A DNA stretch of 64,000 nt from Leucoraja ocellata (taxonomy: Eukaryota): NCBI GenBank assembly GCA_036785375.1, contig JAWMAR010000226.1, positions 1,860,001-1,924,000 of the forward strand. Direction: 5' to 3'. Positions 1 through 13,877 of this stretch are shown piece by piece. The notes beneath the pieces were generated by a model that saw nothing but the letters and a program-made list of their open reading frames with translations, ran no database searches and was not told the DNA's origin. Numbering within the stretch: the first letter of the stretch is position 1; each line of letters starts with the position of its first letter. The position numbers and the translations under genes were made by a program.

Positions 1-64
1 CAGAACATTTCAAGGTGCCTAATTCCTCAGATGCATAAGAGCAGTGCAACTAACTGTTGGGCGG

Positions 65-383
65 GTGGCCATGGTGGGGCAGCAGTAGAGCTGCTGCCTT
101 ACAGCGCTTGCAACGCCGGAAACCAGGTTCAATCCCGACTATGGGTGCTGTCTGTATGGTGTTTGTATGTTCTCCCCGTGACCGCGTAGGTTATCTCTGA
201 GGTCTTCGGTTTCCTCCCACACTCCAAGGATGTACAAGTATGTAGGGTAACTGGGTTGGTGTATGTGTAAATTGTCCCTCGTATGGGTAGGATAGTGTTA
301 ATGTGCGGGGATTGCTGTCGGTGCAAACTGGGTGGGCCGAAGGGCCTGTTTCCTCGCTGTATCTCTGAATGAAACTAAACTAA
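65..383 (+). mobile_element. tRNA-derived V-SINE (HE1-like)
   Basis: A-box-like GGTGGGGCAGCAGTAG, B-box GGTTCAATCC, V-domain CGGTTTCCTCCCACACTCCAA, CR1-like 3' end GGGCCGAAGGGCCTGTTTC and (CTAAA)n tail. Confidence 0.85.
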
Positions 384-938
384 CTGCGCTGAGAAGAATC
401 CACTGTGGAGTTTTCTCTTCCAATAGTTTCTGTCAAGACTTTCAAAATGATTAAAGTGAAGTTTAATCTCAGGAACTATATTTGGATGTGAGGGAAGTGA
501 GAGCAGGGAAATTCTGCAGTGCAGTCATAATCATCAATGTATGCAATTTAGAAACTGAGAAAGAGCAGAAGAGAAAAAGGATGGAGTTTAAGGAAGCGAT
601 GGCCAAGGTGGGAGGGAGAGAAGTAGCCAATGGCCTGGAGGAGGAGGAAAGATGGATAGAAGGTAGTAACCAGAAATTGCAGATACTAGTTAACACATAA
701 AAGAATACCAACGCTGGAGTAACTCAGCATGTCTGACAACATTTCTAGAGAACATGGATAGGTAACGTTTCAGGTCGGGACCTTTCTTCACTGATTGTGT
801 GGGGAGGGGAAGAATGGTGAATGCAGACCAAAGAAGAGATGAATCAAAGCGCATCTGTTCTTTGTAGCCTTCCTTGGAATTGTCAGTTGATCTTTGAAGT
901 CAAAATTTATCAGTGTTAAGGTGTGCAATCTCCCTATA

Positions 939-2615
939 CAGGTGCACAACCTTTTATCCGAAGATCCAAATAACGAAAACCTCCGAATAGCGACATTTTT
1001 TCAGTCCTTGAAAAAAGGTCCTTGAAAACGTTCACGGAGGGCGGCCCGCAGAGGTGACAGAGGAACCTCCGGTCGGTCCTCGAAGAAAGGGGAACTAAAT
1101 CCCCATCCATAAAAGAGAAGGTGAGGGTATATTGCGCGGGAGGGTTAATAATTGACAATATGCTGCTGTCTGCCCGCTGAGTTAAAAAAATTCCCACGGT
1201 AGACTCACGATACACAGTGTATCGTGAGTCTTGCGTGGGAACTTTTTTAACTCAGCGGGCAGGGAGCAGCAGATTGTCGCTCCCTTCAGTTTCACCCCAC
1301 CTACACCCCTCTGCTTCCCGGCCATGTGTGTGACCCCTTCCCTCCCCTCTCAAGTTCCCCGCTCATTGCACCGGCGCGGGGGCTTTGCACTGTCTTCACG
1401 TCGGCAATGACAGTCACCGGAGACGTCAGGACCAACGGGACACCGACCCCCAGGCCCACTGCAAGCACGGAGATCCCAGAGACCCACAGCCAGCAGCAGC
1501 CCAGCCCCGTTCCAACTCCAGAGGAAAACTGCAAACTAGCGGGAGACATCGGGACCACCAGAAGCCGCTCCCCGATGCGCCGCTACGGCGACAAGTGGCA
1601 GTTCGCCCACAGCCCGAGCTGTGCCCCCTCATCGGGACACCAACCCCCAGGCCCACTGCAAGCACGGAGATCCCAGATCAGCAACTCCAGTCCAGCCCCG
1701 CTCCAACTCCAGAGGGGCAGCTGCTGCTGGTGCGCAAGGTGCGTCTTGTTCTCGGGCTGTGGGCGAACTGCCACTTGTCGCCGTAGCGGCCCATCAGGGA
1801 GCGGATTCCTCTGGAGTTGGGGGGGGGGAGGGGGGTATTGTGCTGTTTGATCGCCCCCTGCTATCCCAGGGACAGGGAGACAGGACGTTCACCGAGGGCG
1901 GCCCGCAGAGGTGACAGCGGAACCTCCGGTCGGTCCTCGACGAAAGGGGAACTAAATCCCCATTCATAAAAGAGAAGGTGAGGGTACATTGACCGGGAGA
2001 GTAGGAATCCCAAGACAAAGTTGAGTGAGCGTTCACCGAGGGTGGCCCGCAGAGGTGACAGCGGAACCTCGGGTCGGTCCTGGAAGAAAGGGGAACTAAA
2101 TCACCTTCATAAAAGAGAAGTGGAGGGTATATTGCGCGGGAGGGTATATCGCCTACCTGGAAGAAACCAGACATTTTTTCCAGGATGTCGTCTGCACACC
2201 AAAGCTCACGTTTGGCGCCAAACGCACGTCGCCTCTGCTGCACACGGATATAAGAGTGTGAAAATGTCGCCTTAGGCCGCCTTAGGGCATGTAGCCCCGC
2301 TAGGGTGACATGAGTGCAGGAGGTGATTCAATGCTGCGGTCACATTTACAAATTCAGGAACTCATTCAACACACTGCATTTCATACAGGCATTTATTCTG
2401 CAAGAAAAAAACTACACTGAAGACTCAAACTCGCGACCGAGGAACTGCCGGGATCAAGGCGCAAACTCGCGACCTTGCGGATATGAGCCGGGCACTCTAC
2501 CACTGAGCCAGCCATTAAAATCTACGCTAAAAAAATTCCATTCCGAAGACCGACAAATTCCAAATTACGAAAAGTGTCTGGTCCCAAGGCTGTCGGATAA
2601 AAGGTTGTGCACCTG
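939..2615. mobile_element. Non-autonomous Tc1/mariner-superfamily (pogo/Tigger-like) DNA transposon
   Basis: Perfect 23-bp TIRs CAGGTGCACAACCTTTTATCCGA (939-961) and reverse complement (2593-2615), TA on both sides (937-938, 2616-2617); no transposase ORF. Confidence 0.85.
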
Positions 2616-3405
2616 TACTAACCACAATTCACTTAAGATGGGAGTCACTATTCATTTAAATGGGGATACCCATTCTGGAGATTACAAAAGAGCTAGATTG
2701 CATCATATTATATGTAATGAAAGCTACAAATTTTTTTACAGAAATGATTTTCATTTTCTAATTATTTAAACCAATCTTAATATTTGTACCTTTCTGCGTA
2801 TCCAAGGAATTTAAAAAAACCCTTACAAAGACATAGCCTCGTTTTCAAGCTTGCTCTGTGGACAGGCCTCTGTAGTATGTTGTATAGGGATCTGATGGCT
2901 CTACCCTGCTTCCTACTTCTCGGGATGATTAGACATATATCTATACATGGGGAACATGGATGGTGAAAGCCTGGGGAGGAGTTATTGTGAGGGAAAATCT
3001 TGGCTGCAGGCCAAATCAAATATGATTCAGCCCAGAATTTCATTCCAATGAGCTTGCCATCTCATTTCCACCCCCAAACTAAAAAAGTATTCCTGAGTAT
3101 TGTCATAAAGATATTCAGTTGTTCAGTAGGAAAATACAATTATATTTTAAAAGGAAGGAAAGCTTCTATAAAAGGCTCTGTCTGTATGTATGTTGTGTCT
3201 GTACTAGGTGGTAAGAGAGAGATAGGACAATGAGTCAACTTGTTCCCGTGAGGTAACAAAGTGGAAAATAATTGGGCGGTTACTATGAAAGTGGAGAGGG
3301 AGGGGGAATAAAGGTAAAAGTTCAAGGTTAAAAGAACAAAATTTAGGAGTAATTATGGCCAGTGATCCTGGAATAATTGCTGCTTTGCAGATACAATCTT
3401 CAGAC

Positions 3406-6098
3406 GTCAAGTCAAATCAAGTCAAGTTTATTCGTCATACACATATGAGATGTGCAGTGAAATGAAAAGTGGCAATGCTCGCGGACTTTGTGCAAAAAAC
3501 AAACAAACAGACAACAAACTACATAAAAGAATGGAACAGAATCACATATTCTTTTACATATTACATATTGTGGGAGGAAGGAAAAGGGAAAAAAACAGCA
3601 ATTAAAAATTATAGCAGTAGAATGGTACAGTAAAGTTAGTCCCTGGTGAGGTAGGAGTTTACAGTCCTAATGGTCTCTGGGAAGAAACTCCTTCTCAACC
3701 TCTCCGTTCTCACAGCATGGCAACGGAGGTGTTTGCCTGACCGTAGCAGCTGGAACAGTCAGTTGCAGGGGTGGAAGGGGTCTCCCATGATCTTATTGGC
3801 TCCGGAGTTACACCTTCTGATGTATAGTTTCTGCAGGGGGGCGAGTGAAGTTCCCATGGTGCGTTCGGCTGAATGCACTACTCTCTGCAGAGCCTTCTTG
3901 ACCTGGGCAGAGCAGTTCCCAAACAAAATCGTGATATTTCCAGACAGGATGCTTTCCACAGCCACTGAGTAGAAGCACTGGAGGATCCTCAGAGACACTC
4001 TGAATTTCCTCAATTGCCTGAGGTGGTTAAGGCGCTGCCTTGCCTTACTCATGAGTGCTGCGGCGTGTGATGTCCATGTCATATCCTCAGAGATGTGGAC
4101 TCCCAGATATTTAAAACAGCTCACCCTATCCACAGTATCCTCATTTATCCTCAATGGGGTGTACGTCCTCGGATGATGTGCCCTCCTAAAGTCCACGATC
4201 AGCTCCTTAGTTTTGTTGATGTTCAAGAGGAGGCTGTTGTCCTGACACCAGAGTGCCAGATCACCCACCTCCTCCCGGTAGGCCTTCTCATCGTTGTCTG
4301 AGATCAGGCCCACCACCACAGTTACATCAGCAAACATGATTATTGAGTTGGAGCTGAACCTAGCCACACAGTCATGTGTGTACAGGAAGTACAATAGGGG
4401 GCTGAGGACGCAACCCTGGGGGATCCTGTGCTCAGGGTGAGGGACCTTTATGTATTCCCTCCCACCTTGACTACCTGGGGCCTGGCGGTGAGAAAGTCCA
4501 GGACCCAGGCACACAGGGGGGTGTTGAGCCCCAATTCCAGTAGCTTCTCGGCCAGTCTGGTGGAAACTAGTGTGTTGAAGGCTGAACTGAAGTCTATGAA
4601 CAGCATCCTCACGTAGCCCCCTTCTGGCTGTCAAGATGAGAGAGAGTGGTGTGCAAAACCTGGGAGACCACATCGTCCGTGGTTCTGTTCGGTCGATGTG
4701 CGAACTGTAACGGGCCCATGTTGCGAGGGAGGAAGGCGCAGTTGTGTTTCTTCACCAGCCTCTCAAAGCATTTCATGACTACCGAGGTAAGGGCCATCGG
4801 ACGGCAGTCATTCAGACCGGCTGGGGAGGCATTTTTAGGTACCGGTACAATGATGGATCATTTGAAGTAGGCAGGGACCACGGACTTGTCCAGGGAGAGG
4901 CCTGCAGCTTTCCTCGTGTTCACCCGTGTCAGAGCCCTCCTCACGTCATGCTCGGACAACGAGAATGTGTGCACATTCCTCCCTTCAACTTCGGTAGCCA
5001 GCCCGCTGATGGTATTGTCGTTAGTCGGCAGACCTGGGGTGATGTTGCCCATCTCGAAACGAGCGTAAAAGGAGTTCAAGTCATCAGCTAGGGAGGTGCC
5101 AGCACTTGCGGATGAGGGGGGGATGCTCCGGTAGTTGGGTACAGTCCGTAGTCCCTGCCACAGGTGTCTGGTGTGCTGCTGCTCCATCTGTGACTCCATC
5201 TTGTCCCTGTACCTCCCTTTTGCGTCCTTCACGGCCCTTCGCAGTCAGTAGGACTCTACCTTGTAGACGTCCATGTTTCCGGATGCCAGGCCAGAGCTGT
5301 AGGCAGCGGTGCAAGCATGCAAGGCAACATGAATGGACCTGTCCACCCAGGGTTTTGGTTCGGAAAGGTGCTTACTCTTAACATGGGGACGATGTTGTCG
5401 GTTATTGTTGCGATGAAGTCCGTGACTGCTTCCGCGAACTCACTGACATCACTGGAACTTGCCTGGAACATATTCCAGTCGACATCGCTCAGTGCATCTT
5501 GCAGCATGGCCTCTGATTGGGCGGACCGCCGCTTTACGTCCCTCATCACTGCCACTTCCCGAACTAACCTTTGTTTATACTCTGGCAGCAGGAAAATGGC
5601 AGTGTGGTCAGATTTTCCTAGGGGAGGGAGTGAAACGGACTTGCAGCCCTTCCGGAACGTCGTATAGCAGTGGTCCAATGTTCTTTCCCCCCTGGTGGCA
5701 CACGTGATGTGTTGGTAGAAGTTCGGCATGACCTTCTTGAGATTTGATTTGTTAAAATCTCCAGCCACCAGCATAGCCGCATCCGGGTACTTGTTTTGAT
5801 GTCGATAATGCCACATCGGTGACCGCCTGCTGTGGAATGTAGATGGCTGTGACGATCAATCAGCCAAACTCCCGGGGAAGGGAGAATGGGCGGCAGGTGC
5901 TCCAGGTCTGGCGAGCAGGAACGGGCAAGCATCTTGATATTTCCAGGGTTGCACCAGTTGTTATTGGTCATGAAGCAGACTCCTCCACCCTTGGATTTCC
6001 CAGATGCTTCTGTTCTGTCAGCACGGTGGACAGTGAAGGACTCGGTTGGGCAGATTACCTGATCCGGAATCAGCGATGTCAGCCATGTTCACACAACA
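3406..6098 (-). mobile_element. Rex1/Babar-clade LINE, 5'-truncated, frameshifted (APE endonuclease + RT)
   Basis: Endonuclease motifs AGDFN, TLDHCY, PLGKSDH (ORF 5256-5816); RT motifs [37 protein letters not shown]; (CTTGA)n-type tail at 3406-3426. Confidence 0.9.
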
Positions 6099-6570
6099 GT
6101 GTGAATGATTTATCGTAAGAATGAGAAGTAAAGGATTTGTGTGCTCAGGCTTTCAAATATTTCATCCTCCAGGTATCATTCTCTGATAGGGATGATGAAG
6201 ATTTATGCAAAGCATAATGTGGCCAGCTGTATTGAGGAAGTTTTCCACAACTCTTGCAACTTGTATTCATCAAAAAACTCTGCAGAGACTAAAAGGACTG
6301 ATCTTACATTCTCTTTGATCTAAATGCAAACTTGCAGAATGATACATGCGATGTACGCCTTGTTTTTCTCCAAACAATGGAAAATCAATCCACAGTTTTG
6401 ATGATTACATTATGCAACTGTTCCCATGTAGCTAAGGACATTACAAAATTATTGCTAACCCACCTCCTGACTACTTAAAAAAAGATAATTAGCATAAAAA
6501 TTTGAAATTTTCAAAATTGATTTTTTAATTAAATATTTAATCTCTAGATATTAAGTGTTGTATGAATAAG

Positions 6571-7590
6571 ACATAGAACAGTACAGCACAGGAACAGGCT
6601 CTTTGGCCCTCAATGTCTGTGCCAAATATGATGCCGAATTAAACTAACCTGCACTGCTTGCACATGATCCATATCTCTTCATTCCCTGCACATCCATGTG
6701 CCTCTGGCAGGCATGGAAATTGCTCTCAAAACAAGGGGGTGGGGGGAGCACAAATTCTTGGCGGCTGCGTGCACACATGCGAGGCTTCGGCCATGGGTCC
6801 TGTGGACGGTAACATCGGGAGCTGACCTGGTTGGTGACCGACTCCGAACTCCAGCAACAGCAGCTTCATCCGCCCCGAATCATGGGGCTTCAATCGTCCC
6901 GTTTGCGGGGGCTTCAACATCGGGAGCCTCGATCGCCTCGACGCAGCAATTTGACCACCGGGCGGTGGAAGATCCCGCGGCCAGCCGCGCCGGGGCGGGC
7001 AATGAAAAGCCCCGCGAACGGGCTGATTCAAGCTCCGTTCTATGATCTTTGCTCCACGGACGTCTCCCTCGGCTAATCACCACGCTCTATCCTCAGGCCC
7101 ACCCCCTACTTCCGCCTCTGACCGACACCTCCCTCCTCCAATCATCGCTCTGAATCATCATGGTTCCCCCCCACTGCCTGTTGACCAACGTCTCTCTTGT
7201 CCAATCGGCGCCATCGATCATCAGTCACACCCCGGAAAGCGGAGATTTTTAATAGCTTTTTTAAACTGAGTTTTAAAATACAGGTTACAAAACATGGGGG
7301 AGGGGGATCGTCCACCACCTCTCAAAATATGGGGGGGACGTGTCCCCACTGTCCCCCCCCCACCCCCCCAGGATTTCCGCCACTGGCCTTTGGCATCACA
7401 TTCCAGGCACTTACCTCACTCTCAGTCACAAACCTACCCTGCATATCTCTTTTAAAATGTTCCCCTCTGACCTTAATGCTATGCCCTTAAGTCTTCTATA
7501 TTACCACCCTGGAAAAAAACGTTCCTACTATCCTATCTCTGCCACTCATTAGTAAGTTTGTGTACTTCTGCCAGGTTTCCCCTCAATAAA
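6571..7590 (-). mobile_element. CR1-like LINE 3' fragment, interrupted by a hAT MITE
   Basis: Reverse complement of the CR1 3' end (ACAGCACAGGAACAGGC...) resumes after 7393. Confidence 0.65.
6708..7385. mobile_element. Non-autonomous hAT-type element
   Basis: CAG...CTG termini with imperfect TIRs (CAGGCATGGAAATT vs CAGTGGCGGAAATC), 8-bp TSD GCCTCTGG (6700-6707)/GCCTTTGG (7386-7393), subterminal CAAAA-G-run repeats. Confidence 0.75.
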
Positions 7591-7593
7591 AGG

Positions 7594-7615
7594 CTATCTA
7601 TCTATCTATCTATCT
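7594..7615. repeat. (CTAT)n microsatellite
   Basis: Direct reading. Confidence 0.8.
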
Positions 7616-8193
7616 TTCTAATGTCTGCTCTCCAGACCATCTCCAATCTGTGCCATATCAGCCTCTTGCCACACCACTGTGGTTGCTACAGAGGTTGAAC
7701 TTTAAGCCCTGGATCACAGCGGCAATGGAGCTTCAGTGTTGGTGAAACCTTGCGGTGGTGGCGATGCCTTGCGGGTCGACGGTCAATGAGAGTGTTGACG
7801 ACTGCCGTGAGGGAGGAGGAAAAACAATGGAGAACGGCATGGGGGGATTGCCGTGGGGGGGTGGGGGGTGGAGAACAAAAGGAGGAGCTGGTGTACTTTG
7901 TAACTTTGTCTGCGCCGTAGGTGGCTGCATTGGGATGCAAGTAAAGAATTTCACTGTGCCGATACACATGTGACAATAAAGTATTCTTGATCATCATTGT
8001 GGCAATCACATAGCAGCAGTAAACTCTGCACACTGCTACCATTGGGAAATACACAGGCAGAATTTATACAATTAAAATGTGTACGCTACCATTATGATTT
8101 AAAAAATGGAAAACGCCAATTTAACGATTATTTTTTTCTCGTGTGTCCTTCGATTGGGAATTATGGTTAAGTGCTGCCCAAATTACATTCCAT

Positions 8194-8500
8194 AAGACAT
8201 AGGAACAGAATTCAATCATGCCTGATCTACTTTTCCCTCTCATTCTCCTGCCTTCTCCCTATAACCTTTGATGCTCTACCTAATCAAGAACCTATAAATC
8301 TCTGCTTTAAAAATACCCAATGTCTTGGTCTCCACAACCATCTGTGAAAATGAATTCTACTCATTCACCACACTCTGACTAAAGAAATTCCTCTTCATCT
8401 CCATTTTGATGGTAGGATTTTATTCTGAGGCTGTGCCCTCCAGTTTTAGACTCTCCAATTACTGGAAACATCTTTTTTACGTCAGTCTATGTAGGTCTTT
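8194..8500 (-). mobile_element. CR1-like LINE 3' fragment
   Basis: Similar to the reverse complement of other CR1 3' ends in the window. Confidence 0.65.
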
Positions 8501-10527
8501 TATTACCCAGGGGGGGCATGCAGAGGAATTTAACGTAATGTTTCAATTTGCAATATTCTTGCATATTACTCCATTCTACAAACACGATGCCAGAGCGGGA
8601 GTATTGATAGTTTGATGGATAATGTAAAAGGCTGGATGTGCCAGAAAGCATTTTCTTATAATATGAGGCATGTTAGTGGGTCAGTGGTCGATTACTCATA
8701 TACAGCAATACATGATTTATAATTAAGCCTTCAATGCTTGGGGCACTTACTGTACATCATCAGTATAAGTACATCACATGTATTTCTTTAAAATAAGTAA
8801 TGGCAAAATACATGAAAAATGATACAATCATCTGGAAATTTGGCTCTATTAAACGGGTTGATCATCTGGTGACTGTAGAGTCACAATGTGAAATCATTGA
8901 AATAATTAGACGTTTAATGCATCAAAGGTTTACGGATAAATTAGCCAGGATAACGACTGATCTGAAAATGATCTTGCAGCTTCTAATCCTTTCATATAAC
9001 TGGTGAGGATGTCAAGAAACAAAAACCACAAGATAGTACTAGTCACAAATCAGGAAGAAGGTTTTCTTTAAATGTAATTATAATGTCATTGCTCAGTGAT
9101 GAATAATTAATTCAATGGGTTCCAAATCAGATGCAATTTCATGCTCATGTCTTAGTGTAAGATTACAGTTAATTTTGAGACAATGTCCTATTGTACTTGC
9201 ATAGCAAATTATCACTCAGATGTGCAGATTTTAGCAGAAGAAAACCATGGACTGCAATTAATTTTACTTACTCATTCTTTGTTGATTACAGATCATGTCT
9301 GTACCTTTATTTTAAACTTGGTTTATTCTGGTTTCATGGGAACTGGGTTGATCTGGCAGCACTACACAACCTTACTCTCTGTAATAAATGGAGCCGAATA
9401 CTTCAAAAAACCTGGGGATTGAATTTGTTATCTTTGCATTATTAAATAATTTAGGAATTACATTATCAAGTATAAAATGCCATTGCAATTGATGTGGGGA
9501 TTTGTAAACACTTGATGTAAATATTTATGGATTTCAAAGGGCGTTAAGGGATCTATTGTAATTTCTTACAAGATAAATATTTCCTGCGTGATGAGCCAAT
9601 TTAACTCCGACAATATTCTGTTAATTTCAATGATTTTGTTATTCCGGAAAAATCAAAGTTAGAAAACTCAAGACTGGTTCATGGATTGCTCATGCCAACT
9701 GGCCTGATTGATTTGTAGTTTGCTGATCCCAATGAATTGTGGTGGAAAGGATTAGAATGAATATGGATAGGAAAAGAGAATTCACTATCATTTTATGTCC
9801 CCACCAAACGTTATTCCCCAACTATACACTTTTTTTTTCCTTACAGGGACATAAGAGACTGCACATTCAACAAAACAAAACAAACTGCTGAAGGAACCCA
9901 GATGATTGGGCAGCAAGGTTCCTGACCCGAAATGCCATCTGACCATTTCCTTCCACCGATGCTGACTGACTCATTGAACTGCTCAAGCAGTGTGCTTTAC
10001 ACATAACGTATACAGCAAATGCAATTGGGATATCACTCTCCATATTCATTGCACCATTAATTCACTACATTCCCTTACAACCCATCAACAACGCTCCTCA
10101 AACAATGTTCCCCATGCAGCACTAGAGAGGTCAGCACACAGGACCAAGCCCCTAATTGTGTGGTGGAGGCTGAACCCTAGACATTGATCCTTCCCTACTG
10201 AGCTTCTTGCCACATTATTCCAGGAACTGCTCTGTAAAACAATTTACTGAAGGCATTGCAAATTGTAAATAGTTTCACATATTTGAGGGAAATAGCTTCC
10301 TCCAGTCTGCTGGGACAATAGGATTGATTTTAACATCTGCATCTTTCAATTTACTTTGTGTAAATATTTATTTTTGTGTCATTCAAAATATAATCTATTT
10401 AATATTCCTCAATCAACTATCAAAATAAATTTCAATCTATTCTATTTAGATTAGCATAAACTAAGCTATTTTCAATTTGTTCTGGTAAAAACCTAGGAAC
10501 TTCTTAACCATATTACAGATAATTAGC

Positions 10528-10846
10528 TTAGAGATACAGCGCAGAAATAGGCCTTCCGCCCACCGGGTCGGCACCGACCAGCAACCCCCGTACACTAGCA
10601 CTCCCTACACACTAGGGACAATTTACAATCTTTATCGAAACAAAATGTTTTTGGAATGTGGAAGGAGACCACCTGGGGAAAAACCACATGTCCATGCAGA
10701 CTTGTCCCAGCAGCCCAGGGAAAACCCACGTTGTCACGGGGAGAATGTACAAACGCTGTACATACAGAACACATACAGTAATCAAGATCAAACTTACATC
10801 TCTGGCGCTGTAAGGCAGCGACTCTACTACTGTGCCACTGTGCCGC
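10528..10846 (-). mobile_element. HE1-like V-SINE
   Basis: Reverse complement of the 65-383 element; head ends TGCCACTGTGCCGC. Confidence 0.8.
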
Positions 10847-11342
10847 ATATTTCTCTACAGGATGAATATCAATGAATACCAAGAGTGCATTAAGTTATTT
10901 TCCAATTCCACTCATATTCCCTGAATAAAATGTAAGTATATTATTGCAAAGATAGCTCAAAATGGTCATTGGTACCTTAATTAGGGCAAATGATTAAAAA
11001 ACTTTAACTCTCAAACGGTATTCTGTTCTTACTGAAATCAATAGAAACCCAGACAAGCTGAAATTGTGCCAAGAATAGGAATAATTACCAAACATTCATC
11101 CTGGGCCAAAATTGCGAATAATTACTTTGTGCAAAATTGCCGGTGTGTGACTGGAATGCAGCCAAGATTTTGTAGTTAACATGTGTAAAGTCTGACCTGA
11201 ATGCAGAGGTTTAATGCCCACTGTGTTAGGTTGGCCTTACCCCCTGTGAATTCTCAGCTGTGTGACCATGGATAACATCATTATGCTTGGTACCATCCTT
11301 GAATTCTGCCTACAAAATTCATCTTGTGGAAGGACATTTTCA

Positions 11343-11561
11343 TGACGCAGTGCTTTCATGGCTGCACCGATCACGTGGGCACGGGGGGCGAGTTTTGCGT
11401 GCGTTTTACCGAGTTGTATCAGTCTAGCGCCACACTTGTGGAAGTAGCATCGTGGTTTTGGCTGTCTTACCGACCGATGCGTTGTTTTACCGTTGCAAAA
11501 TAAAGCATTTTAAATTCACTCACTGTCTCGACTCACCAAAATGGTATCAATCGTAACATCA
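11343..11561 (+). mobile_element. Possible solo LTR
   Basis: About 220-bp CpG-rich block, TG...CA-compatible ends, internal AATAAA; no convincing TSD. Confidence 0.35.
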
Positions 11562-12259
11562 CTTCCAGCGGCTCAGCTCAAATCATCTGACTTTGCACAT
11601 ATTGGGAATTGAACACAGGAGCATCTGGACAATGCATTTGTTATCATACCTCTCAGGTATTGAAACAGCAAACTCCAGGTTGGAAGGGGGTAAAAGTATG
11701 ACATGCTGGCATTTATACTTCCCTATACTTCCCAACAGGTTCATTGCACCCCAGGCACAAACACAACAGGCGCTAAAATGAAGAAAGTTATTCAGGGACT
11801 TCCAAAACAGACATTCAAATTGTGTTCCCAAGGTTTAAATATGTGTAATAAATCTTTCCTTTAAGCATTATTTGTGAGGAAAAAATATAATTAGAAGTCA
11901 ATGATCCTACATGAAGGATCATCTGCATGATAATTGTAGCACTGCTTATTGAAAATATCCTTCCCCAAGATAAGGGAGTTCATTAAAACAGAATTTAATT
12001 TTCTTTAGTCTTGTGCGTGACACATTTGGCTGAGTAATAATGGGAGCCAGAAGCAGCTTTGATGTCACGTTAGCATCCCCACAACTGGGATAATTAGATC
12101 CTTCTACATTATCGGACAGCTTACAGTGAAACTTTCATTTGATCAAAAACAAGTAGGATAAAATCTCCAGATTTGCAAATATACACGTTTCAAAATGTGA
12201 TCATTTCACCTGTGTTTAAAAAATGGCTTTGTGGATAGTGCTGAGATTCACAGTGGTGT

Positions 12260-13270
12260 GTTCAACTGCATTAAACTCCAACGTGCCATTTATCCACTCA
12301 TTCCTGTAACTGATCTGTATCCAATTGTACCCTTTGACAGCCTTCTTCATTGCCCACAACTCTACCAATTTTTGCATTGCCTGCAAACTTACTAACCAAC
12401 CCATTTATACGTTCATTATACATTATTATTATACATTATGCATAATCATTATACATACCACAAACAAGAGAGCCCCAATCAATGATCCATATGGAACACC
12501 ACTGTTCACAGATCTCCAGCCAGAATAACACTATTCAATCACTATCCTCTTGCCTCTATCTTCTATGGATAAGCCAATACTGATTCCAAACCACCAAGTC
12601 ATCAAGGATTCCATGCATCATAATTTTCACAATCAGACTACCACAAGGAACCTTGTCAAATTGTCTTAGAGTTACAGCACAGAAACAGCCATGCCAACCG
12701 AGATGGCCCATCTGGCCTAGTCCCATCTGCCTGCATTTGGCAGTAATAGACAGTAAAGGTATACATCTAAACCTTTACAGTCTATTTACCTACCCAAGCG
12801 TCTTTCAAATGCTATTATAGTATCTGCCTTTAGCAGTTTATTCCATATACCCACCACTGAGTGAAACAGTAGCCTCTCAAGTTTCTATTAAATATGCCCA
12901 TGTCCTCTGTGTTTTGACTTCCCTACCCTGGGTAAAGGTTTCTGTGTATTCACTATACTATACATTCACTGTACTATCTCTAATTCCCCTCATGATTTTA
13001 CACACATTTATAAGATCATCCCTCACTCTCCTGTGCTCCAAGGAAAGAAATCCTGGCCTAACCAAACTCTCCCTAAAGTTCAGCCTTTCAAGTCTGGCAT
13101 CATCCTTGTAAAATTTCTCTGCACTGTTTCTAGCAGCAACTGCCTTATTCGTCCATGTAGCCAATATCCACTGCCCTACCCTTATTAGTCATCTCCGTCA
13201 CCTTCTCAAAAAACCCAATGAGGTTAGTATGACATGTCCTGGTGACTATCTCTGATAAGCACATTGTCTT
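12260..13270 (-). mobile_element. Degraded, nested CR1-like fragments
   Basis: RT pieces (SVPYGS, FAGN-like) and C-terminal FSLEHRRVRDDLINVCKIM on the minus strand. Confidence 0.65.
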
Positions 13271-13877
13271 CCAATGCGAATACTAGGAAATGAATTTCCA
13301 TTGAGTTTTAGCACCATCAGTAACTTTCACTTTATATGTTGTACGATCAATTGAAGTTGATTTGAAACATTGTTGTCGAGTACTTAACGCCATTAATTGC
13401 CATAGAAGTAGATATTCCAGGAATTACTTCAAATTCTAATGACATTGTAGGCCTCAGAATCATAGTTTCCTTTTCAGGATTACAACAATTAGATTTTTCT
13501 TTCGAGTGCTTGTGACTGCTGACAAAGAAAATGAACTGTGAGAGTGGCTCATATCATATGTCTTTCTTTCATGGTTAACCAGATCCCATGGGTTGGCACT
13601 TTACACAGCTTTCAGCATTAAGTGAACCATTACTCTGACTTTGCCCTTTACTAATGCTGCAACTGTTAGAGATTTATTTCCAAAGTCACAGCCACACAAA
13701 GAATCTCCAGTGCAGTGCTACCACCAAACACCTTCATTCAGTGGTCTGACATCCATTTGATTAAACTGAGTCTCCAGCTTGTTTTGGAAGTCTCGCTTGG
13801 CATCGCTGATAGTCTTTTGGAGATCATACATGACCTTAGAGTCATAAAGCACAGAAAAACTTGCCCATGCCAACTAA

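Noticed and set aside
1301-2275. Many overlapping ORFs of up to 174 aa
   Set aside because: By-product of GC-rich repeated modules within a non-autonomous transposon; no domain motifs
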